Below are positions 55,826 to 64,000 of a stretch of 64,000 nucleotides of DNA, piece after piece. This DNA comes from an uncultured Gemmatimonadaceae bacterium. Its GTDB lineage: Bacteria > Gemmatimonadota > Gemmatimonadetes > Gemmatimonadales > Gemmatimonadaceae. Each line of letters begins with the position of its first letter. Position 1 is the stretch's first letter. Both the position numbers and the translations under genes were made by a program. Where the stretch lies: positions 480,001 through 544,000 of the forward strand of contig CAWHHI010000011.1 in NCBI GenBank assembly GCA_963829055.1, read 5' to 3'. Under the pieces are notes generated by a model. It made no database searches. It was given only the letters and a program-made list of their open reading frames with translations, and had not been told where the DNA came from.

Positions 55826-56746
55826 ATGGGACGCCCCGTCGTTTCCGATCGCAGGACCTCGACCACGAGATTCACTGTGTTGCGCCATACTCGATCTTCC
55901 GGGCTGCCGTCCGCGCTGCTTCTGACGACCGCACTTGCTCTCGGTGCGTGTCGCGACCGGGCGGCCGACGACACCGCAGTGACGGATTCCGCGCTCGCGC
56001 GCGATCTCACTCTCGCGAGCGCGGCTGCTGCTCCCGTCCCTGAGCTTCGCGACATTCCCGACTCGGCACCTCCGGTAGAGGAGATGCCGCGCGAGCCCGT
56101 CGTGCGTCGCTCACCGGCACCGGTACGCGCACCGGTACGTGAGAAACCGAAGCCCGTGACGACCGCCCCCGCGCCAGCGCCTGTGGTCGAGACGCCAGCG
56201 CCTGCGCCCGCACCCACGCGCACCGGCGTGATCGGAGCCGGCACGATGGTCGGAATGACACTCGATTCCCGCGCCTGCTCGGACGCGAATCGACCGGGCG
56301 ACAAGATGGTCGCCCATACCAGCGAGGCGGTGACGGGGACGAACGGCGTGGTCTTTCCGGCGGGCTCGCCCGTGGTGGTCGAGGTCGCGACGGTGGTTCA
56401 GGGAGGGACTCCCGACTCATCGACCGTGACGTTCCGCGTGAAGTCGATCGAGGTCAACGGCGTCGCCCATGCCGTGACCGGCGACGTGATCGCCACCGGG
56501 ACGCTGGACAAGACGCGCGTGGAGACCAAGGCTGCGGACAAGAAGAAAGTGATTGGCGGCGCGATCCTTGGCGCCATCGTCGGCAAAGTGGCGGGCGGCG
56601 GTGCGAGAGGGACGATCATTGGCGCCGCGGCCGGAGCGGCTGCAGGAGCGGCCGCGGCCGCCGTGTCAGCGAAATACGAGACGTGCGTGCCCGCTGGAGC
56701 CCCGCTCAGGATGACCATCAGCGCGCCCATCGTGGTCGAGTTGTAG
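55826..56746 (+). CDS. Hypothetical lipoprotein with Pro-rich linker and glycine-zipper
   Basis: LALGAC lipobox, PAPAP linker, GGAILGAIVG..GAAAGAAAG; start uncertain. Confidence 0.7.
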   Translation: MGRPVVSDRRTSTTRFTVLRHTRSSGLPSALLLTTALALGACRDRAADDTAVTDSALARDLTLASAAAAPVPELRDIPDSAPPVEEMPREPVVRRSPAPVRAPVREKPKPVTTAPAPAPVVETPAPAPAPTRTGVIGAGTMVGMTLDSRACSDANRPGDKMVAHTSEAVTGTNGVVFPAGSPVVVEVATVVQGGTPDSSTVTFRVKSIEVNGVAHAVTGDVIATGTLDKTRVETKAADKKKVIGGAILGAIVGKVAGGGARGTIIGAAAGAAAGAAAAAVSAKYETCVPAGAPLRMTISAPIVVEL

Positions 56747-56890
56747 TCGAGTTGTAGCGGTGGTCGACGTGTAGGGCCCGCTAGGGCTACGGTCGCGGCA
56801 GTCGGAACGCGTGCCCGGCGAGGTGCGCACGAATATGTTCAAGCACCCGCCTCGGCGGGCGTTCCAGCGAATCACCCACTCTGTAAGGTC

Positions 56891-57922
56891 ATGCGCGTCA
56901 TCGTCATCGCGGCGTTGTCTCTGCTGCCCGCCATTCCTCTGCTCGGGCAGACCCCGACAAGCTCCGCCGCCGTCCACCGCGGCCTCGAGTCGATCACCGC
57001 GGCCGATGTGAAGCGACGCATTGCGATCATCGCCGACGATTCGATGGGCGGACGTGACACGCCAAGCCGCGGGCTCGACGCCACGGCACGCTACATTGCG
57101 TCGGAATTTCAACGTTTCGGCCTGACACCGGGCGGCGACAGCGGCACGTTCATTCAGCGGTATCCCATCCCGGGAAGTCGCGAGGGCCGACCGAGCGGGG
57201 CGTCGCGGACGGCGCCTAACGTTGTCGGTGTGCTCGAAGGGTCCGACCCGGTCCTCAAGAACGAGTACATCGTGCTTTCCGCCCACATGGACCACGTGGG
57301 CATTGGCGCACCCGTGGACGGCGACTCGATCTACAACGGCGCCGATGACGACGCGTCAGGCACAACGGGTGTCATCGAACTGGCGGAAGCGTTGAGCATG
57401 CCCGGCGCCCGCCCCAAACGCTCCGTCGTGTTCCTCACCGTGAGCGGCGAGGAGCACGGGCTCTGGGGCAGCGCCTGGTTCAGCGAACACCCCGTCGTAC
57501 CGATGTCGCAGGTGGTGGCGGATCTGAACATCGACATGATCGGCCGCAACTGGAAGGACACCATCGTCGTGATCGGCAAGGAGCACTCCGACCTGGGCGC
57601 AACGCTCGACCGCGTGAATCGCGCGCATCCCGAGCTGCGCATGAAGGCGATCGATGACATTCGGCCGGAGGAGAACTTCTACTTCCGGTCCGACCACTAC
57701 AACTTCGCGCGGAAGGGCGTGCCGATTCTGTTCTTCTTCAATGGCACGCACCCGGACTATCACGGGCCTAACGACGAGCCGGACCGCATCGACGCCGAGA
57801 AGGAATCGCGCATCGTACGCCTCGTGTACCTGATCACACAGGAAGTAGGTGACGCGCCGGCGCGTCCCGCGTGGAACCCGGCCAGCTACAAGCGCATCGT
57901 GCGCCCGCAGACGCGCGAGTGA
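56891..57922 (+). CDS. M28 family metallopeptidase
   Basis: Signal peptide, SAHMDHVG, NGADDDASG, SGEEHGLWGS, NIDMIG, RSDHYNF, DYHGPND. Confidence 0.93.
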   Translation: MRVIVIAALSLLPAIPLLGQTPTSSAAVHRGLESITAADVKRRIAIIADDSMGGRDTPSRGLDATARYIASEFQRFGLTPGGDSGTFIQRYPIPGSREGRPSGASRTAPNVVGVLEGSDPVLKNEYIVLSAHMDHVGIGAPVDGDSIYNGADDDASGTTGVIELAEALSMPGARPKRSVVFLTVSGEEHGLWGSAWFSEHPVVPMSQVVADLNIDMIGRNWKDTIVVIGKEHSDLGATLDRVNRAHPELRMKAIDDIRPEENFYFRSDHYNFARKGVPILFFFNGTHPDYHGPNDEPDRIDAEKESRIVRLVYLITQEVGDAPARPAWNPASYKRIVRPQTRE

Positions 57923-58295
57923 CGAGCCTGATCGCCGCACGTACAGCGGCTGCCGCAGGCGCCGCCGCACCGAGTGTTGCCAGAACTAACGCGGTCGTAA
58001 GCCGGGTGGCTCCCATGTAATGCACACTCCGATCAAGGGAGAAGAACCGGACGCGATCGTGCCACTTGCTCCTCTTCCAAAGCTCGATCGTACGACGAAC
58101 GGGTCGCGTTATCCTGGGTGGGAGGGAACGCGACTCATCCTTGGGCGAGAGAATCTTACTCAGATCGGGCGAACGGCAAAGCCCGGCAGCCGAGGACAAT
58201 CACCAATAGCGTTGCCAGCCCGGGCAGCGCATACTACCGGGCCGCAGCAGCCGTGATTCCGCAGCGACTCTCCCGAGCCCTAACGCCAAGCCTCG

Positions 58296-58661
58296 ATGTC
58301 TTCCGTCAGCTTCTTTCGCTGGTCCGACCTTCCCGAGGAGCGTTTGTCGCCGCTGCTCGGGCGCAAGCTCATCACCGGTAGCCGGATGATGCTCGCGCAC
58401 GTGTATCTCAAGAAGGGATGCATTGTTCCCAAGCACAATCACGAGAACGAGCAGTTGACCTACATTCTCGAGGGCGCGCTACGCTTCTCGATCGGCGAGG
58501 ATGGAAGCGAGACGGTCGACGTGCGGGCGGGAGAGGTGCTGCACATTCCCTCGTTCGTCTGGCACCAGGCCGAGGCGCTCGAGGACACGCTCGACGTGGA
58601 CGTGTTCAGTCCACCGCGTCAGGACTGGATCGACAAGACGGACGCGTACCTTCGGCGTTAG
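58296..58661 (+). CDS. Cupin domain protein
   Basis: PKHNHENEQ, IPSFVWH, DVFSPPRQDW. Confidence 0.9.
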   Translation: MSSVSFFRWSDLPEERLSPLLGRKLITGSRMMLAHVYLKKGCIVPKHNHENEQLTYILEGALRFSIGEDGSETVDVRAGEVLHIPSFVWHQAEALEDTLDVDVFSPPRQDWIDKTDAYLRR

Positions 58662-59068
58662 GCGCGGCGGCGAATGGCGTGGCGGATGGCGGCGGCGATG
58701 CCCACCGCCACGCCGACCCCGATCATCAGCAGACCGAGCGACGACTGCGCGCTGAAGTAGTCGGCGCGCTGTACGTACGACGTGACGCCGGCAGGCAGTG
58801 TCTGCGTGCCGTTCGCGAGCGACGCGAGGCCGTTCCGCGCGAGCAGGAACAACGTGGTGCCGGCGACGATCGTGAGCATCGAGAGCGCATCCCACAGTCG
58901 GTCGGCGGAGTGCACGACACTGGCGGCGCCGTGCGGGCCACGCGGCTGAACGAACTCGATGTGTGCCGGGACTCCGAGCGGTGTATCCACGCGTGCCTCG
59001 CGATGACGGTTCCAGTACCTGTCTCGACCTACCTCATGCGATGACGCGTGACCGGGCCCGGATGGCAC
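58658..59068 (-). CDS. Small membrane protein, hypothetical (start may be 58989)
   Basis: Two hydrophobic helices in the C-terminal half. Confidence 0.5.
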   Translation of the reverse strand: MPSGPGHASSHEVGRDRYWNRHREARVDTPLGVPAHIEFVQPRGPHGAASVVHSADRLWDALSMLTIVAGTTLFLLARNGLASLANGTQTLPAGVTSYVQRADYFSAQSSLGLLMIGVGVAVGIAAAIRHAIRRRA

Positions 59069-59206
59069 TCAGGTGCGAGTGCTGTTGATAGCAGGCGATT
59101 CCGGCCTCGATTGCAGATTGGCAAAGCCGCGTGACGGCGAGGCCGTCGTTGCCAATTCTGGCAATACGGCCTGCATCGCCTGCTCAACAGCTGACGCTCG
59201 CCTCCA

Positions 59207-59860
59207 CTAGGGCTTGCTCCGGAGCATCTCCGCGAACTTCCGCTTCCACTCGTCTTTCATCGCCGAGACACGGACGCCCCTCCCCGCCCGCTTCGCCATT
59301 CCCATGAGCCCCAGCGGCGATGGGTGCGTGATCTGGTGATACGCAATGTCCGGATCGTCGCGGAGTCCGAGGTGCGTCCCGAGCAGCCAGTCCGCGGTCT
59401 TGCCAAGGACGATCACGCTGTGCAGTCCGCGCCGCCGAGCTTTCGCGAGCTCCGCGCGCACGCGACGCACATTTTCAGGGCTGCTCATCTCGGCTTTTGT
59501 CGGCGCGCGGAAGTGCTCACCATCGTCCGTCGGGCAGACGGGATACGCGTTCGACAACGCGACGTCGCTGACGACGGGTCGGATCCCGGCCTCGACGAGC
59601 GCCGCACCATCCCACCGCACCTGGTCGAGCGGTCGGGTGAAGCGAACCCGATCTTCGGCCTCCAGCGCCTCGTACAACGGGCGACCGGCACGATCACCGA
59701 AGAACGGGATCTTCGACTTGTCGGCCCCGTTAGGCCCGGGTGCTTCGCCGAAAATGATCGCGGACACAGCCCCCTTGGCGGGGAAGAACGCGGGGACACG
59801 CGTACCCAGGATGCGTCCCTTTGGTGATGCGGATCGCCTGGCCTTCGCTACAGTGACCAT
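59207..59860 (-). CDS. Uracil-DNA glycosylase superfamily protein
   Basis: IFGEAPG..GA...IPFFGDRAG motif A, SNAYPVCP, IVLGKTA, HPSPL motif B. Confidence 0.8.
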   Translation of the reverse strand: MVTVAKARRSASPKGRILGTRVPAFFPAKGAVSAIIFGEAPGPNGADKSKIPFFGDRAGRPLYEALEAEDRVRFTRPLDQVRWDGAALVEAGIRPVVSDVALSNAYPVCPTDDGEHFRAPTKAEMSSPENVRRVRAELAKARRRGLHSVIVLGKTADWLLGTHLGLRDDPDIAYHQITHPSPLGLMGMAKRAGRGVRVSAMKDEWKRKFAEMLRSKP

Positions 59861-59902
59861 TGGTGCGCGCCTACCGTCTTTGGATTGATGATTCCATCCG
59901 CG

Positions 59903-61000
59903 ATGCGCGTGCCGGTTCTCCGGCGCGCGCTCTTGTTTCTCGGGGTACCTGTCCTCGTGATTCTGGTCACGAAAGTCGTGGCCGGAAGCGAGGTGCGAGG
60001 CGCTGTCGGTTCCCTGTTCAAGGAACCAGCGCTTCCCCCAGCCGAACTGGTCAACGTTCCCGTGTCGATACCGCGGGACCACGTCGTCGTGCTCGACGAT
60101 TCACTGTTCGGCCGCAGCGGGAAAGTCCGCTTCCGACTCCTCGGGCACAGTGAAGCAGAACAGGTGTCTGGCCTCAAGGACGTGTTCGGCGCGGAAGCCA
60201 TCGCGCGCCCGGCTGTTCTCGGGATGTCTACCGTCGACGATCCGCAGGCGTTCTCGTTCATCACGATGCGGTCCTGGCACGACAAGCGAGGCGCCTATGT
60301 CGGGCCGTACCGAATGGGCTGGTGGCCCGGCGAACGGACCATCGTCGCCACCAATTACGAGAACCCGGTCGGGTTCATCGAAGTGACACCGGACAACGCG
60401 AACACGCGTCTGTCGGAACACTTCCGGCTCAATGATTTCCTGACGCACGACCAGGATCGCGTGTGGCCGAAGTACGTCGTGCTGCGTGAGGCGTTGCTCG
60501 ACAAGCTCGAGCTCGTGCTCTCGACGATGGAAGCACAGGGCGTACCGACGCGCAGCGCGCACGTCCTGAGCGGATTCCGGGCGCCGTACTACAACGCCGG
60601 GCTCGTGGCCGAGGGCGCCGCGCGCGCGAGTCGGCATCAGTTCGGCGACGCCTCCGACATCATCATCGACAACGATCGCGATGGTCGTATGGACGACCTC
60701 AATCGTGATGGTCGCGTCGACTTCCGCGACACGGAGGTCATTCTCCGCGCCGTCGAGCGGGTCGAACGCACGTATCCGGAGCTCGTCGGCGGCTTGGGTC
60801 TCTATGCGGGCATGGGACCCAGTGGCCCGTTCGCACACATCGATGTACGCGGCTCGCGCGCGCGATGGACGAGCACCGGCACCTCCCAGCGTGCTGCGGC
60901 GCCTCGTTATGCATGGAGCGGCGATCCAGCGAGGGCCGAGCGGGTGCAGGGATGCAGCGCGACGGGCGCGTCGGCTGCGTTGTGCGTGGGCGTGAAGTAG
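59903..61000 (+). CDS. Peptidase M15A / YcbK-like D-Ala-D-Ala metallopeptidase
   Basis: LSEHFRL, LSGFRAPYYN, SRHQFGDASD, HIDVRG; Dx(D/N)xDG-like loops DNDRDG and DLNRDG. Confidence 0.8.
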   Translation: MRVPVLRRALLFLGVPVLVILVTKVVAGSEVRGAVGSLFKEPALPPAELVNVPVSIPRDHVVVLDDSLFGRSGKVRFRLLGHSEAEQVSGLKDVFGAEAIARPAVLGMSTVDDPQAFSFITMRSWHDKRGAYVGPYRMGWWPGERTIVATNYENPVGFIEVTPDNANTRLSEHFRLNDFLTHDQDRVWPKYVVLREALLDKLELVLSTMEAQGVPTRSAHVLSGFRAPYYNAGLVAEGAARASRHQFGDASDIIIDNDRDGRMDDLNRDGRVDFRDTEVILRAVERVERTYPELVGGLGLYAGMGPSGPFAHIDVRGSRARWTSTGTSQRAAAPRYAWSGDPARAERVQGCSATGASAALCVGVK

Positions 61001-61015
61001 AGGCGCCCTGGGCGG

Positions 61016-62008
61016 CTAGGCTACGCCGGTCATTGAGTTGCGTCCGGCGCGCGAATCGTCGTCACGATCAACGATGCGTGGTTGCCGGTCTCGCGCGTGG
61101 CGTGTCGCTTCGACGTTCCAGCCGCGCCGAATTCGCTCGTAGAAATAGCCTGCTGCGTACGCCACCTGCGACCACAGGTGGAGCACGGCGAGCATCAGAC
61201 CTCGCACCCCACCCGTGCGGCGCAGTGGATATGTGATGAGGCCGAAGTAGAAACGCACCGGCTCCAGTCGAAGCGACGGGTGCCCTCGTCCGGCGCGCGA
61301 GCGATGCAGGTCGAACGCACCGCGACCGTAGTAGAAATGCTGGCGGTTGAACCGCACGAACCCGAGTACGTGCGCGTGATCGACGACGATGTCGGCCACG
61401 TATTCGAGATCGTACCCGGCGCCCACCCACCGCTCGCAGAAATCGCGGTCTTCGGCCGCCGGGAGCGCGAACGTCTCGTCGAAGCCGCCGAGCTCCAGGA
61501 ACTCCACGCGTGGCACGGCGAGGTTGTTGGTGGTGAAGAACCGTCGCGCCGCGGAATTCTCGCCGAAGTAGTCGTACAGAAAATCGACGATGCCCTGACT
61601 CGCCGACGCGTAGATGTTATCCGTAAGGAGGTTCACGACCCGGCCCCCAACGCCTCGCGGCTTGCCGCTAGCGCTGATCGCGCGATCGATAGAGCTCAGC
61701 CAATCGGGGCGTGGTGCGCAGTCGTCATCGGTGAACACGAGATACCGCCCGCGCGCCAGGTCAGCGCCGGTGTTGCGCGCAGCGGCCGGCCCTCCATGCG
61801 GCGCACATACGAGCCGCGCGTCGAGCGATCGGTCCATCGACGCTACGAGATCGGCAGGGGGCACGGGACTGCCGTCGTCGACCACCACGAGCTCGAAGCG
61901 ATCCCGGGGGAAATCCTGTGACTCGATGGCCTTCAGGCAGCGCGCGAGAGCATCTCGCCGCCTGTAGGTGGGTATGACTATCGAGTAATCGGGACTGTTA
62001 GGGGTCAT
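61016..62008 (-). CDS. Glycosyltransferase family 2
   Basis: SIVIPTY, VVVDDGS, AARNTG, FTDDDC, GGFDE, AEDRDF. Confidence 0.92.
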   Translation of the reverse strand: MTPNSPDYSIVIPTYRRRDALARCLKAIESQDFPRDRFELVVVDDGSPVPPADLVASMDRSLDARLVCAPHGGPAAARNTGADLARGRYLVFTDDDCAPRPDWLSSIDRAISASGKPRGVGGRVVNLLTDNIYASASQGIVDFLYDYFGENSAARRFFTTNNLAVPRVEFLELGGFDETFALPAAEDRDFCERWVGAGYDLEYVADIVVDHAHVLGFVRFNRQHFYYGRGAFDLHRSRAGRGHPSLRLEPVRFYFGLITYPLRRTGGVRGLMLAVLHLWSQVAYAAGYFYERIRRGWNVEATRHARDRQPRIVDRDDDSRAGRNSMTGVA

Positions 62009-62081
62009 CGATGACGCAAGTTATTACAGCCCCACGGACGCGCGTAATGGATCCACACATGGCGGCAAGAAGCAATCCGGT

Positions 62082-62996
62082 TCAGGTCGGCTGACTGGCG
62101 AGCATTCGCCGCAGCTCGACCCGCCAATTGTCGAGGCGAATTCCAAATCGCTCAGCCGCCCGCCGATTGAACAGCGCCGAATACGCGGGCCTCGGCGCAA
62201 CGGCATTGAACTCTGCGGCAGAGGTTGGTATGACGACCGGCGCGGAAGCGCTAATCGCGCGCGCGGCGATGACCTCCTGCGCAATTTCGAACCGGCTCGC
62301 CTCGCCACTGCCGCCAAGATGGTAGACACCCCAATCGTCGCGCGGCACACGGAAATCGGTCGGCGTCGCAACTGTCCGCAGGATACCAGCCGTCGAGTCT
62401 GCAAGAGATTGGCTCCAGGTAGGCGATCCAACCTGATCCGTCACAACGCGTACCGGCCGGGACTCGTTCAACTGGCGCAGCAGCGTCGCAACGAAGCCGT
62501 TGCCCTCAGCGGAATACACCCAGCTCGTCCGGATAATGAAATGCGGTGCGTCAGACGCCGCGACCCCGCGTTCACCCGCGAGCTTGGTCGCTCCGTACAC
62601 ATTGATCGGGTTCGGCTCCGCATGTTCATCGTACGGCGTCGACGCCGCTCCGTCGAACACGTAGTCGGTCGAATAGTGGACGATCAGCGCCCCTACGTCG
62701 CGGGATGCTTCTGCCATCACCGTCGGCGCAACGTCATTCACCGCGCGCGCGAGATCCGGCTCACGCTCGGCTCGATCGACATTCGTCAGGGCCGCGGCGT
62801 TCACGACGGCCGCGGGGCGCACGCGGTGGATGACAGCGCGCAGCGTGTCCGGTTTCGTGAGGTCGGCGTCCGCTCGAGACGGCGCGACCACAGCCCCCAG
62901 GGGCGCGAGCGCTCGCAGCAGCTGACGCCCGACCTGTCCTGTGCCGCCGAACAACAGGAGTGGCCGACTCGGGCGCTCCTGCGATGCCTCGTTCAC
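62082..62996 (-). CDS. rfbD: dTDP-4-dehydrorhamnose reductase
   Basis: GGTGQVG, NAAALTNVDRAE, HYSTDYVFDG, YGATK, RTSWVY, DQVGSPT, PRPAYS. Confidence 0.92.
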   Translation of the reverse strand: MNEASQERPSRPLLLFGGTGQVGRQLLRALAPLGAVVAPSRADADLTKPDTLRAVIHRVRPAAVVNAAALTNVDRAEREPDLARAVNDVAPTVMAEASRDVGALIVHYSTDYVFDGAASTPYDEHAEPNPINVYGATKLAGERGVAASDAPHFIIRTSWVYSAEGNGFVATLLRQLNESRPVRVVTDQVGSPTWSQSLADSTAGILRTVATPTDFRVPRDDWGVYHLGGSGEASRFEIAQEVIAARAISASAPVVIPTSAAEFNAVAPRPAYSALFNRRAAERFGIRLDNWRVELRRMLASQPT

Positions 62997-63655
62997 CGAT
63001 CGAGCTGTGGAAGCCAGTCGCTCAACATGTCGCGCAGCAACGGAGCCGACGCGTCTCGCGGGGAGACAATGGCCTGGGCGATGGGCCACTCGATGCCGAT
63101 GCTCGCGTCATTCCAGCGGACCGCGCGCTCATCATCGGGCGAATAAAAATCGGAGCACTTGTAGACGACCACGGACACGTCCGATACAGTCTGGTACGCG
63201 TGCGCGAACCCGGGCGGAATGTACAGCTGTCGTCCGTTGGATTCGGACAGCATGTAGGCTGCCCAGCGGCCGAACGTTGGGGAACCGATGCGAACATCGA
63301 CCGCCACGTCGAAGACGTCGCCCATCGCGACGCTGACGAGCTTTCCCTGTGGTCGTGGATTCTGAAAATGCAGTCCGCGGATGACCCCGCGGCGCGAATG
63401 GGCCGCGTTATCCTGGACGAACCGCGGCAGACCGGCGTCCTCGCGCACTGCATCCTCGCGCCAGAGCTCCGTGAATGTTCCCCGCGTGTCACGGAACACG
63501 GGACGCTCGAACAGGCGGAGATCAGGCAGGACGACGGGTCCCCAATGCGATCCGTCCGGCACCGGGATTGCTCGGGTATGTGATCTGTCGCCACCGACTC
63601 TACTATCGCTCACTCGCGTCCCTCGGTCGCGCCACGCGCGAGAGCGCGGCGACAC
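62993..63655 (-). CDS. rfbC: dTDP-4-dehydrorhamnose 3,5-epimerase (start uncertain)
   Basis: DTRGTF, FVQDN..S..GVIRGLHFQ, QGKLV, DVAVDVR..SPTFG, PPGFAH, YKCS. Confidence 0.92.
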   Translation of the reverse strand: MSPRSRAWRDRGTRVSDSRVGGDRSHTRAIPVPDGSHWGPVVLPDLRLFERPVFRDTRGTFTELWREDAVREDAGLPRFVQDNAAHSRRGVIRGLHFQNPRPQGKLVSVAMGDVFDVAVDVRIGSPTFGRWAAYMLSESNGRQLYIPPGFAHAYQTVSDVSVVVYKCSDFYSPDDERAVRWNDASIGIEWPIAQAIVSPRDASAPLLRDMLSDWLPQLDR

Positions 63656-63886
63656 AGTCGTGGTATCAACCTAACCAGCACCTTGCACATTGCATGCGAC
63701 CCCTGCCGGGCGGGGCAATCGCTCAGTCAGTGCAATGATCGGGCTTGCTGCAGGTCGAACCTCAATTCTTCTTACGCTGAATGAACGCTCCTGCGGACAC
63801 CGAATGAATACTGCTGGGTCGCCTCGTTCGCTTCGTCACGTGGCCCTAACGACTGCCTGCACGAGGAACGCCAGAGGAGCACCGGT

Positions 63887-64000
63887 ATGATAGCCGCGGT
63901 GCGTCACGAACGTGCGCCAGATCACAACGGGATCTGGGTCGTCGTCGTGAACTGGCGGCAGACCGATGCAACGCTCGCGTGTCTCGCGTCGCTCGAGCGA
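63887..64000 (+). CDS. Glycosyltransferase family 2, 5' fragment running off the window
   Basis: GAGGAG RBS; MIAAVRHERAPDHNGIWVVVVNWRQTDATLACLASLER matches the GT2 N-terminal VNW..T..CL.SL pattern. Confidence 0.65.
   Translation, partial: MIAAVRHERAPDHNGIWVVVVNWRQTDATLACLASLER

Noticed and set aside
57834..58295. Minus-strand ORF with a signal-peptide-like stretch MGATRLTTALVLATLGAAA
   Set aside because: Runs antisense into the M28 peptidase gene and has no other support

Overview
High-GC (roughly 68% by eye) bacterial chromosomal segment. The gene content and repeat types suggest Gemmatimonadota (inference). Many genes are broken by 1-bp frameshifts, most likely long-read assembly indels rather than true pseudogenes. 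The window holds two esterases, a GH57-type glycogen cluster (glgP-glgA-branching enzyme-DUF3536), an ~8.9 kb cyclic beta-1,2-glucan synthase-like gene, a TonB-dependent receptor, three histidine kinases and a NarL-type regulator, DUF485-actP, an ECF sigma factor with a CBM48 partner, an ADOP-type permease, three adjacent cation:proton antiporters, an NfeD/flotillin operon, three DNA glycosylases and the start of an rfbCD/GT2 locus. No rRNA, tRNA, CRISPR array, transposase or phage genes were seen. Best finding: the NhaP-type antiporter at 45800 appears to read through TGA 47420-47422 into the rest of a rhodanese domain (Y-C-A-U-K-N-E) with a SECIS-like hairpin just downstream, making it a candidate selenoprotein antiporter. 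Second: the octamer GCCTAACG/CGTTAGGC occurs about 38 times on both strands, mostly inside genes where it forces rare codons (uptake-sequence- or HIP-like). Also present are modular heptamer repeats, REP-like palindromes that partly invade coding regions, and a Zur-box-like operator upstream of a His-rich NfeD/flotillin operon.
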